A stretch of 64,000 nt of DNA from an uncultured delta proteobacterium. Its GTDB lineage: Bacteria > Desulfobacterota > RBG-13-43-22. Position numbers and translations under genes: made by a program. Positions 28,448-37,032 of this stretch are shown here, one piece after another. The notes beneath the pieces were generated by a model. The model had not been told where the DNA came from and ran no database searches. It worked only from the letters and a program-made list of their open reading frames with translations. Numbering within the stretch: position 1 is the first letter of the stretch; every line of letters starts with the position of its first letter. Location of the stretch: contig CAVUPH010000019.1 in assembly GCA_963743305.1 (NCBI GenBank), positions 39,478 to 103,477 on the forward strand, read 5' to 3'.

Positions 28448-29503
28448 TCAGCCCTTATCGCTAACCCCGGCGGAGGCGAAGGTGGCCATCTCATTGTAGA
28501 TCCTGACTGACGCTTCGATCAGGACCATGGCCAGGGCCGCCCCGGTCCCTTCCCCCAAGCGCATTTTCATATCCAGAATCGGTTCCACCTGGAAGAGACG
28601 CAGGAAGGTGGTATGCCCTGCTTCTTCCGATCGGTGGCTGAAGAAAAGATAATCGCGGACCGGGGGCGCCAGTCGGCAGGCCACCAGGGCACCAGCGGAA
28701 GAGATGAAGCCGTCCACCACCACCGGCCGGCTGAGGGCGGCCGCTCCCAGACAAAGCCCGGCAATGCCGGCGATCTCCAGCCCGCCGATGGCGGCCAAAG
28801 TATTGAGCGGATCACCAAGCTGGTCGCGGTTGACCCGCAGGACCTCCTTGATCACCCGGATTTTTCTGTTCAACCCAGCATCGTCGATGCCCGTTCCTCT
28901 TCCGGTGATGTCCTCCACCGGGCAGGGGAGCAGTGCGGCGAATAAGGCGGACGAGGGCGTGGTGTTGGCGATGCCCATATCCCCGGTGCCCAGCAGATCG
29001 AATCCCTGTCCGACCGCCTCCCGGGCCAGCTCGATGCCGGTTTCCAGTGCCTGAACAGCCTCTGCCGCGGACATGGCCGGCCCCTTGGCGATATTGCCGG
29101 TCCCGGGCCTCACCTTGCGCCGGACCAGGCCGGGAGCGTCTTCCAGCGGATCATTGACGCCCATGTCCACCACTACTACCTCTGCCCCGGCCTGTTGAGA
29201 AAGCACATTGATGGCCGCCCCGCCGGCCAGCATGTTGCGGACCATCTGGGGGGTCACCTCTTGAGGATAGGCAGAAACGCCTTCGGCGGCCACCCCGTGA
29301 TCCCCGGCAAAAGTGAATATTTTTTTCCGGTCCAGGACCGGCCGGGCCGTCCCGGTGATCAGGCAGTATTGTGCGGCCAGGTCTTCCAGCCGTCCCAAAC
29401 TTTTCGGGGGTTTGGTCAACCGGTCGAGATGGTCCCGAACTTCGGGCTCCAGGGTCAAGTCAACCGGTTTGATTTCTTGAATAGTTTGCTTCAAGGCATT
29501 CAT
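28448..29503 (-). CDS. cobT: Nicotinate-nucleotide:dimethylbenzimidazole phosphoribosyltransferase
   Basis: [63 protein letters not shown]. Confidence 0.97.
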   Translation of the reverse strand: MNALKQTIQEIKPVDLTLEPEVRDHLDRLTKPPKSLGRLEDLAAQYCLITGTARPVLDRKKIFTFAGDHGVAAEGVSAYPQEVTPQMVRNMLAGGAAINVLSQQAGAEVVVVDMGVNDPLEDAPGLVRRKVRPGTGNIAKGPAMSAAEAVQALETGIELAREAVGQGFDLLGTGDMGIANTTPSSALFAALLPCPVEDITGRGTGIDDAGLNRKIRVIKEVLRVNRDQLGDPLNTLAAIGGLEIAGIAGLCLGAAALSRPVVVDGFISSAGALVACRLAPPVRDYLFFSHRSEEAGHTTFLRLFQVEPILDMKMRLGEGTGAALAMVLIEASVRIYNEMATFASAGVSDKG

Positions 29504-29640
29504 GGGCTGCACTCCTTTTTTGAATGAATTATTGAATGGCTACCCCGGCCGCCGCCACACCGGAGACTCGGGTAGACCTATACCGATTGACTGGCATCAA
29601 AACCTGAAAGGTCGGCCCAGACAACCGGGGCGCCCTAAAG

Positions 29641-29682
29641 AAAAAAAGGGTTTCTTTCTTCAAAAGAAGAAAGAAACCCTTT
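29641..29682 (-). terminator. Riboswitch expression-platform terminator
   Basis: On the minus strand, AAAGGGTTTCTTTCTT..AAGAAAGAAACCCTTT followed by a U-tract. Confidence 0.8.
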
Positions 29683-29705
29683 ACCATCAGGTTCTTCAAC
29701 AGGTT

Positions 29706-29878
29706 GGCCCGGCGGTCGTCTTCTGGCTCCCCCTCCCATCCAACGATCTTCCCGCCCGTCTGAAGACGGGCCGTGATCCATACCCGGTTGGAAAGGCTTC
29801 TTTGCCCGAACGGGAAAAGACAGGGTTACAGCGGCGGGACCGCCGCGGATTTTCACCGCGTTCCGTACCCGCCCGGCC
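29706..29878 (-). ncRNA. Cobalamin riboswitch
   Basis: GGAA-CGCGGTGAAAATCCGCG-GCGGTCCCGCCGCTGTAA..CACGG..GGGAAG..GAGCCAGAAGAC (B12 box); upstream of cobT. Confidence 0.92.
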
Positions 29879-29894
29879 TACAGAAAAATAGGGT

Positions 29895-29924
29895 ACTCTA
29901 GACCGAAGAGATTTCGATTGTCAA
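29895..29924 (-). promoter_or_regulatory. Sigma-70 promoter for the riboswitch-cobT transcript
   Basis: TTGACA-N18-TAGAGT just upstream of the aptamer. Confidence 0.65.
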
Positions 29925-29951
29925 GGTAAAAAATAGAACGGAATTACAGAT

Positions 29952-30014
29952 TGATGGCTTCGAAAAAAGTCCCCAGCCCTGTCATTGCGAGGAGTGAAGC
30001 GACGAAGCAATCCC
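29952..30014 (+). repeat. Family B element end plus GTCATTGCGAG cassette (half element)
   Basis: Closely matches the reverse complement of 459-522. Confidence 0.8.
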
Positions 30015-30070
30015 CAAGAATCAGCTAGTTACCATGGCGGGAAAGGATAGAGGCCATCAGGTTGACTTCG

Positions 30071-30325
30071 TCAGGACTCGTTATAGAGCCGATATTGGTT
30101 CTGTCCCGCTTGCTTGGCCTGATACATGGCGCTATCGGCGTTCTTCAGAAAGGTGTCGATATCTACGCCATGATTGGGATAGAGGGAGATCCCTAGGCTG
30201 CTGGTGATGATTAATGGGTGTCCCTCAAGAACAACGGCGTTCCGGAAAGCACCGATGACCTTCCGGGCAATCCGCAGGGTAATCTGGACGTCTCTTTGCT
30301 CGGGAAGTACGAGGACAAATTCATT
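30071..30325 (-). pseudogene. C-terminal remnant of a GGDEF diguanylate cyclase
   Basis: Translates to EFVLVLP..ITSSLGISLYPNHG.DIDTFLKNADSAMYQAKQAGQNQY; 5' part missing. Confidence 0.85.
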
Positions 30326-30474
30326 TATTCTCTTTTATTGCCAAAAAGTCAATTAATTTCAATCACCTGACACCATCGGTGGCGCTCAGTTCCCATTAGG
30401 GATTCACCGCCTGCCAGGCCTAGTTGAACCGGTATAGAAAACCGCATAATTAGGGGTTAGGCGTTTAGTGTGGA

Positions 30475-30549
30475 TGGAGCCGGCGATGGGATTTGAACCC
30501 GCGACCTGCTGATTACGAATCAGCTGCTCTACCCCTGAGCTACGCCGGC
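30475..30549 (-). tRNA. tRNA-Thr(CGT)
   Basis: GCCGGCGTAGCTCAGGGGTAGAGCAGCTGATTCGTAATCAGCAGGTCGCGGGTTCAAATCCCATCGCCGGCTCCA; cloverleaf with encoded CCA. Confidence 0.97.
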
Positions 30550-30952
30550 TTGATCCAACTATCCCACATTTTGTTTTCCTTGTCAAACCCGGAAACGTGA
30601 CTTCAAAGATGCCTTCTTTCGCAAACAGGTATTAAACACCTACCGGTCAAATCGTCCGGCTGGATATTCCCGTCAATCGTCAAGAAGCAACTTTCTCATC
30701 GGTTAGTGATCTCGCCGTTGGCGGGTCTTATTTTATATTTAAAGTTAATTCAATAAGTTTTATATGCGCTCCGCCCAAGGTGGGGGGGCTTATTCGTCTT
30801 CGGTCCGGTGATGGACGGGAGGCGAGTCGGTCTTCCTTGATCGGGAGGAAAAAGATTCAGCGGCGTCGGCTAATTTACTTGTTTACAAAAGTAAATTTTT
30901 ATGTTAAAAAAATAAGTTTATTTAATAAATTCATCCTCCGGGGAGGGACCGC

Positions 30953-31192
30953 GTGGCCCGAATAACCATTGAAGATTGTTTGGAAAAAGTAAACAACCGT
31001 TTTGCTTTGATTCAATTGGCCTTTCAACGGGTTAAACAGTTGAGAAATGGAGCTCCCCGACTAATCCAGACTAAAAACAAGGAAGTTGTGGGGGCCTTAC
31101 GGGAAATCGCCGCCGGTCTGGTGACGCTGGAACAAGCGCAACCCGCCTTGCCGGAAGGACAGGACCACAAGCTTCTGAATCATGAAGGATAA
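30953..31192 (+). CDS. rpoZ: RNA polymerase omega subunit
   Basis: [38 protein letters not shown]. Confidence 0.95.
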   Translation: MARITIEDCLEKVNNRFALIQLAFQRVKQLRNGAPRLIQTKNKEVVGALREIAAGLVTLEQAQPALPEGQDHKLLNHEG

Positions 31193-31709
31193 TATCCAAA
31201 AAACGGCCTCCAAGACCGACTGGACCCATATTGATTCCGCGGGTCAGGCCCGGATGGTGGATGTGGGCTCGAAAAAAATTACCCGGCGTGAGGCCTGGGC
31301 CGGTGGGGCCGTTTATCTGCAGGTTGGGACTTTGGAAAAAATCCAGGCCAATACGATTCAAAAAGGGGATGTCTTGGGGGTGGCCAAGGTGGCCGGCATT
31401 TTAGCGGCCAAAAAGACGCCGGAGTTGATTCCCCTTTGTCACCCGCTCAGGCTGACCCAGGTGAATGTATTTTTTTCTCCGGAGCAGGCCCCCTCCCGCA
31501 TTGAAATTACCGCCCAGGTGAAGGCCCAGGATCGGACGGGAGTGGAGATGGAGGCCTTGACCGCGGTGACCGCGGCCGCCTTAACCATCTATGACATGTG
31601 CAAGTCCATTGATCGGGATATGGTTTTGGGCCCCTTCGGGTTGCTGGAAAAAACCGGGGGGAAAAGCGGCCGGTTTAAACGAAAATCACTGCCGGTTTTC
31701 GGTCAATGA
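31182..31709 (+). CDS. moaC: Cyclic pyranopterin monophosphate synthase
   Basis: [38 protein letters not shown]. Confidence 0.97.
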   Translation: MKDNIQKTASKTDWTHIDSAGQARMVDVGSKKITRREAWAGGAVYLQVGTLEKIQANTIQKGDVLGVAKVAGILAAKKTPELIPLCHPLRLTQVNVFFSPEQAPSRIEITAQVKAQDRTGVEMEALTAVTAAALTIYDMCKSIDRDMVLGPFGLLEKTGGKSGRFKRKSLPVFGQ

Positions 31710-31734
31710 ATAGGAGCACCCAAGGAGGACTCCC

Positions 31735-32097
31735 ATGAATGCCAGGAAAATAACCAGCTTCAAAAAACTCTTGAACGAGCAATTGAAAACGCTGATTCAG
31801 GAGGCCCAGAAAACGGTCAGCGGCATGACCGATTCCAAGGAAAATTTCCCCGACCCTACCGACCGGGCGACGCTGGAATCCGATCGCAATTTCATGCTGC
31901 GTATCCGAGGACGGGAGCGGAAACTTATTTTGAAGATTGAAGAAGCGTTGGAACGGATTGAGAACGGTACTTTCGGGGTCTGTGACTCCTGTGGAGAAGA
32001 GATCGGAGAAGAACGTTTGAAAGCCCGCCCGGTAACCACCCATTGTATCGATTGTAAAAAAAAGGAAGAGGCCATAGAAAAAGCGCGAGGGGAATAG
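31735..32097 (+). CDS. dksA: RNA polymerase-binding protein DksA
   Basis: FPDPTDRATLE, RERKLI.KI..AL, CDSCGEEI..RLKARP..CIDC. Confidence 0.95.
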   Translation: MNARKITSFKKLLNEQLKTLIQEAQKTVSGMTDSKENFPDPTDRATLESDRNFMLRIRGRERKLILKIEEALERIENGTFGVCDSCGEEIGEERLKARPVTTHCIDCKKKEEAIEKARGE

Positions 32098-32165
32098 CCG
32101 GTTTCCCCGGGCGGCCTTGGACCGGCCTTTCTTTATAATCCCGCTGTCGTGAGGCCTGCACCCCA

Positions 32166-33563
32166 ATGTTTAAAAAGCGCATCCAGGTCTTTCGGTCTTT
32201 TCTTTTGCTGAACGACCTCCTGGTTCTTACCGCTTGCTGGTTTGGCGCTTTTTACCTGCGTTTTTTCATCCCCCTCATCCCCGTCACCAAGGGTATTCCT
32301 CCCCTGCAGGATTATTTGTTCTTTTTCCCCTTTGTTTTGCTGATCTGTGCGGTGACCTTTTATCTGACCGGGATCTATACCCGGTTTTTTAACCGGACGC
32401 AGGAATGGCTGGCCCTTTTTAAGGCTTCTTTTGTGGCCTTAATGATTTTGGTCTTTATTACCTTTTTTTTTAAACGAACCGACTACTCTCGTTTAGTCTT
32501 TCTCTATTTCAGTTTGCTGGGTTATGCGGCCCTGATTTTAACCCGGCTGTTGTTAAAAAAATATTACATAACCCTGCAGCGTCGCTATTTTGACCTGGAG
32601 CAGGTCCTGATTGTCGGCGCCCGGGAGTTGGCCCAACGGGTAGCCCAGACCATCGTTAATCATCCGGAATTGGGACTGGTGGTCTCCGGGTTTCTCAGCC
32701 GGATTTCTCAGAAGATCGGGACGCGGATCTTGGGCCTGGAAGTGCTGGGGTTATACGAGGATATCGACCGGGTAATCCAGGAAAAACACATCAATCTGGT
32801 CATCTTCGCCATGCCCTTGACGGCCCAGCAGAAACTGGAAGTTTTATTGAACCAGATCCGCGATGAACTGGTGGATATTAAAATTGTGCCTGATTTGTAT
32901 CGCTTGATCACCCTCCGAGGGGGGATGGAAGAGTTTGAAGGACTGCCCTTTATTAATCTGCGGGAATCCCCCATGGTGGGCTGGAGTCGTTTTTTTAAAA
33001 GGGCCATGGATTTCAGTTTGGCCGCCCTGGTTTTAATTCTCCTGTCTCCCTGTCTGTTGCTCATCGGTCTGGCGATTAAGGTTTCCTCCCCCGGTCCGGT
33101 CATCTACCGTCAGACCCGCATGGGTCTGGACGGCAAAGTTTTTGAAATGTGGAAATTCCGTTCTATGGTGACTGATGCCGAAGGACAAACCGGGCCGGTT
33201 TGGGCCCGAAAAGGGGACCCTCGAAGGACTCCCGTGGGGCGGTTCCTCCGCCGCCTCAGCCTGGATGAACTGCCGCAGTTGGTCAATGTCCTGAAAGGGG
33301 AGATGAGTTTGGTCGGACCGCGGCCGGAACGTCCGGAATTGATCAACAGTTTCAGGGACAAAATTCCCAACTACATGCTTCGCCATAAAATGAAGGCCGG
33401 CATGACCGGCTGGGCTCAAATCAACGGCTGGCGCGGGAATACCTCCCTGCCCAAACGCATTGAACATGATCTGTATTACATTGAAAACTGGTCCCTGGTC
33501 TTTGATTTGAAGATCCTGATCAAGACCCTCTGGAAAGGTTTTTTAAACCGGGAAGCCTATTGA
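32166..33563 (+). CDS. Undecaprenyl-phosphate glucose phosphotransferase (WcaJ-like)
   Basis: TM N-terminus, KRAMD, KFRSM, DPRRT.VG.FLR..SLDELPQL.NVLKGEMSLVGPRP, GMTGWAQ, DLYYIENWS. Confidence 0.93.
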   Translation: MFKKRIQVFRSFLLLNDLLVLTACWFGAFYLRFFIPLIPVTKGIPPLQDYLFFFPFVLLICAVTFYLTGIYTRFFNRTQEWLALFKASFVALMILVFITFFFKRTDYSRLVFLYFSLLGYAALILTRLLLKKYYITLQRRYFDLEQVLIVGARELAQRVAQTIVNHPELGLVVSGFLSRISQKIGTRILGLEVLGLYEDIDRVIQEKHINLVIFAMPLTAQQKLEVLLNQIRDELVDIKIVPDLYRLITLRGGMEEFEGLPFINLRESPMVGWSRFFKRAMDFSLAALVLILLSPCLLLIGLAIKVSSPGPVIYRQTRMGLDGKVFEMWKFRSMVTDAEGQTGPVWARKGDPRRTPVGRFLRRLSLDELPQLVNVLKGEMSLVGPRPERPELINSFRDKIPNYMLRHKMKAGMTGWAQINGWRGNTSLPKRIEHDLYYIENWSLVFDLKILIKTLWKGFLNREAY

Positions 33564-33567
33564 TTCC

Positions 33568-34356
33568 ATGTTTTTGTCCATCCGCCAGCACCTCCAGGAA
33601 GTATTCCGCTACCGCAGCTTGGTCAACAGCCTGATCCTCCGGGAACTAAAGGCCCGCTACCGGGGGTCAATCCTGGGATTTCTCTGGACCTTCCTCAACC
33701 CCCTGCTGCTACTGGGGGTCTATGCCCTGGTTTTCAGCATCTACTTTCGTATCCAGATGGAGCACTACGCCGGTTTCATGTTTGCCGGCCTGCTTCCCTG
33801 GATCTGGTTTTCCTCCTCCCTGATCGAAGGTACCAACGCCATTACCTCCGGGGGCAGCCTGATCACCAAGGTGCTTTTTCCGGGGCAGCTCCTGCCCCTG
33901 GTCAAGGTCGGTTCCAATCTGATGAATTTCCTCCTGAGCCTGCCGATTCTCTTTGTCTTTTTGGGCTTCATGGGCATCTACCCGAGCTGGGCCCTCTGCT
34001 GGTTGCCTTTGGTTCTTCTAATTCATTTTGTTTTCATCGCCGGGCTGGTGTTGGGCCTGGCGACATTAAATGTCTTTTTGCGGGACATCCAGCATATCCT
34101 GGCCAACCTCTTGACACTCTGGTTCTTCCTGACCCCGATTCTTTATCCCCTTACCCAGGTACCGGGGCCATTCAAAAAGGTTGTGCTGCTTAACCCGGCC
34201 GCCCTCTTTACCCTGGCCTACCAGGATATTTTTTTTTACCGGCGCAATCCGGATCCCTGGCACCTGATGCCTTCCCTGATCCTGTCGGTCTTCATCTTGG
34301 GTTTGGGAATCGCTCTCTTTGAACACTACAAGGAGACCCTGGCGGAAAAGCTATAA
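33568..34356 (+). CDS. wzm: Polysaccharide ABC exporter permease Wzm
   Basis: RELKARYRGSILGFLW..LNPL, LITKV.FP, RDIQ, FLTPILY, LNP. Confidence 0.92.
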   Translation: MFLSIRQHLQEVFRYRSLVNSLILRELKARYRGSILGFLWTFLNPLLLLGVYALVFSIYFRIQMEHYAGFMFAGLLPWIWFSSSLIEGTNAITSGGSLITKVLFPGQLLPLVKVGSNLMNFLLSLPILFVFLGFMGIYPSWALCWLPLVLLIHFVFIAGLVLGLATLNVFLRDIQHILANLLTLWFFLTPILYPLTQVPGPFKKVVLLNPAALFTLAYQDIFFYRRNPDPWHLMPSLILSVFILGLGIALFEHYKETLAEKL

Positions 34357-34360
34357 TCTT

Positions 34361-35611
34361 ATGATGAACTCGGCCATCACCATTCAAGGCGTTTCCAAGT
34401 CCTTCAAGAAAATCATCCTGCGCGGGAATCATACCACGCTGAAGACCTGGCTGCTCAAACCTTACTCGCTGTTGTCTAAATCCCACGGCGAACGGCTGGA
34501 GGTCTTTTCCGGCTTGGATCTGGAAATTCCTCAAGGGATCAGCCTGGGGGTCATCGGTCGCAACGGATCGGGGAAAAGCACCCTGTTGAAGCTGCTGGCC
34601 GGCATTTACAAGCCCGACGCCGGGACCATCCGGATCAACGGCCGGATATCGTCGCTGATTGAACTAGGCGCCGGATTCCACCCCGAGTTCACCGGCCGGG
34701 AAAACGTGTTCATCAACGGTGCGGTCTTAGGCTTAAGCCGCAAGGAAATCCAGGCCCGGTTTGAACAAATCGTTCGCTTCGCCGAACTCGAGTCTTTTAT
34801 TGACGCCCCCGTCCGGACCTATTCTTCCGGGATGTATATCCGCCTCGGTTTTTCGGTGGCCGTCAATGTGGACCCGGACATCCTCCTGGTGGACGAGGTC
34901 CTGGCCGTGGGGGATGAATCCTTTTCCCATAAATGTATCGATAAAATGAGCGCCTTTAAAAAGGCCGGGAAGACCATTGTTCTGGTCACCCATGATCTGC
35001 CTACGGTGGAACGCTTCTGCGAGCTGGCCGTCTGGCTGGATGGGGGCTGCCTGCGGGCCCAGGGCGATCCCCGGCAGGTAATCGACGCCTACCGGCAGGA
35101 GGTGGCCCGCTGGGAAGAGAACCGCTTCCAGGAGGAACGTCCCGAAGAGGCTTGCCTCTCCCCTGCCGGCTTGCTGTCCAAGAACCGCTGGGGCAATGGA
35201 GACCTGGAAATTACCCGGGTTCGGACTTTGGATGACCAAGGGCAGGATCGCCATGTCTTTCAGGTAGGCGAGGATATCACCATTGAAATGGAATATCAGG
35301 TCCACCGGCCTACCCGCGATGTGGTCTTCGGAATCGGAATATTTAGTGGTGAGGGGACCTGCGGTTACGGTACCAATACGGACTCGGATCAAATCGAATT
35401 GCCGGAACTGGGGTCCCGGGGTTGCATCGGATTCAGGCTGGAAAAACCCCAGCTCATCGAAGGGACCTACTTCCTGGATGTGGCCGCCCATGCCCGGGAC
35501 GGGCACGCCTATGATTATCAGAGTCGCTGTGTTTCCCTGGCCATTCGTTCGTCTTTTAAGGATACGGGGTTTTACCGGATCCCCCATCGCTGGATCCTCC
35601 CCGGAAATTAA
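34361..35611 (+). CDS. wzt: Polysaccharide ABC exporter ATPase Wzt with C-terminal carbohydrate-binding domain
   Basis: GRNGSGKS, ELGAGFHPE, YSSGM, DEVLAVGD, RWGNG Wzt_C extension. Confidence 0.93.
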   Translation: MMNSAITIQGVSKSFKKIILRGNHTTLKTWLLKPYSLLSKSHGERLEVFSGLDLEIPQGISLGVIGRNGSGKSTLLKLLAGIYKPDAGTIRINGRISSLIELGAGFHPEFTGRENVFINGAVLGLSRKEIQARFEQIVRFAELESFIDAPVRTYSSGMYIRLGFSVAVNVDPDILLVDEVLAVGDESFSHKCIDKMSAFKKAGKTIVLVTHDLPTVERFCELAVWLDGGCLRAQGDPRQVIDAYRQEVARWEENRFQEERPEEACLSPAGLLSKNRWGNGDLEITRVRTLDDQGQDRHVFQVGEDITIEMEYQVHRPTRDVVFGIGIFSGEGTCGYGTNTDSDQIELPELGSRGCIGFRLEKPQLIEGTYFLDVAAHARDGHAYDYQSRCVSLAIRSSFKDTGFYRIPHRWILPGN

Positions 35612-35643
35612 TTGTTCATTATTAATCGGTAACAGGATAAACC

Positions 35644-36948
35644 ATGACCAGGGAACAGAACGCCTCTTCAGGCCCAGCCGTGAATGTGCAGGAAATTATG
35701 GAAGGTATTCGCCAACGGATCGACGAAAAGAAAAAGAGCGGCGAATACACCACGGAGGAACTGGAACGGATCGATCGCTATGTACTGCAGATAGAGACCG
35801 AGGGCTATAATACTCCGGAAGAGGACCTTCGCCATCACCTTTCCGTTTTGAATTATCTCTTTGACACCCTGAAACCCCCGGAGTTCTCTTCCCACCGCCA
35901 ACGATTCGGGGGGATCGTTACCGGAATCAAGAAAACCATCCGCCGGATCACGGAACCCTACATCCAGATGATTCTTAAACGCCAGGTGGATTTTAACGCC
36001 GAGACCGTCCGCCTCCTTAACCAATTGGTGTCCGACTATCGCTTTCGAGTGTCCGCCTTGGAACAACAGATCGCCCAGAGGCCGGAAGAGGTGCTGGCCC
36101 AGGAAAAACGCTGGGAGGCCTTATCCCGACAGGTGAACGACTTAACCCAGGAAATTCGGGCCCAAAAAAATACCGCCGAGGGGCTGCTGGCCCAGTTAAA
36201 ATCAGCGGCTTCTCCCTCCGGCGGAGGGCCAGGCGTCCCCGAGGACGGCCCATCCCGGATCAGGGCCTTTGAGTATCTCCGGTTTGAAAACCGCCACCGG
36301 GGGCCGGAAGAAGTCATCCGGGTCAAGCAGCGCCGCTACCTGCCTTACTTCAAGAAATCGGAGAAAGTCTTGGACCTGGGGTGCGGGCGAGGGGAATTTT
36401 TGGAAATGCTGCGAGAGGAAGGCATTGCGGCGGCCGGAGTGGAATTGAATCCGGAAATGGTATCCTTGTCCCGAAAAAAGGGGTTGGAGGTCATGGAAGG
36501 AGACGGACTGGACTACTTGAAGAACACCCCGGACCTGAGCTGGGGAGGACTCTTTTTGTCCCAGGTGATCGAACACCTGAATCCGGATGCCTTGCGGGAC
36601 CTGGTCCGGACCGCTTTCCAAAAATTGGCCCCGGAAGGGGTCCTCCTGGCCGAAACCATCAATCCCCAATGCCTGACCACTTTCAGCGGGGCTTTTTATC
36701 TGGACCTTTCGCACCACAACCCCATTCACCCGGAGGCGGCCCGTTTTTTGTGGGAGTCCCTGGGGTTTCGCCGGGTGGAGATCCTTTACGTCTCCCCCTA
36801 CCCGGAAGAAATGCGTTTGGAGGAGGTGGTCCGCCGGGATGACGAAACCTATGAAGATGAGATCGCCCGGGTGCTCAACAAGAACATCCAGCGACTAAAC
36901 GGCCTGTTGTACGGCTACCAGGATTACGCCGTTGTTGGATACAAATAA
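35644..36948 (+). CDS. Coiled-coil plus class I SAM methyltransferase (glycan-capping candidate)
   Basis: Q..FN coiled coil, FENRHRG, VLDLGCGRGEFL, QVIEHL, ETINP, FYLD..H, QDYAVVG. Confidence 0.85.
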   Translation: MTREQNASSGPAVNVQEIMEGIRQRIDEKKKSGEYTTEELERIDRYVLQIETEGYNTPEEDLRHHLSVLNYLFDTLKPPEFSSHRQRFGGIVTGIKKTIRRITEPYIQMILKRQVDFNAETVRLLNQLVSDYRFRVSALEQQIAQRPEEVLAQEKRWEALSRQVNDLTQEIRAQKNTAEGLLAQLKSAASPSGGGPGVPEDGPSRIRAFEYLRFENRHRGPEEVIRVKQRRYLPYFKKSEKVLDLGCGRGEFLEMLREEGIAAAGVELNPEMVSLSRKKGLEVMEGDGLDYLKNTPDLSWGGLFLSQVIEHLNPDALRDLVRTAFQKLAPEGVLLAETINPQCLTTFSGAFYLDLSHHNPIHPEAARFLWESLGFRRVEILYVSPYPEEMRLEEVVRRDDETYEDEIARVLNKNIQRLNGLLYGYQDYAVVGYK

Positions 36949-37032
36949 TTACGAATATCGAACAATGAAGTTTTTGAAATCCTTCGACCTTCGATGTTCA
37001 TTTTTTTCCAAGTTGGATATTTTGGTTCAGGC

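Noticed and set aside
36952-37002. Short degenerate heptamer repeats (CGAATAT/CGAACAA; CTTCGAC/CTTCGAT) forming a weak hairpin
   Set aside because: Too short and degenerate to call; noted only as intergenic filler
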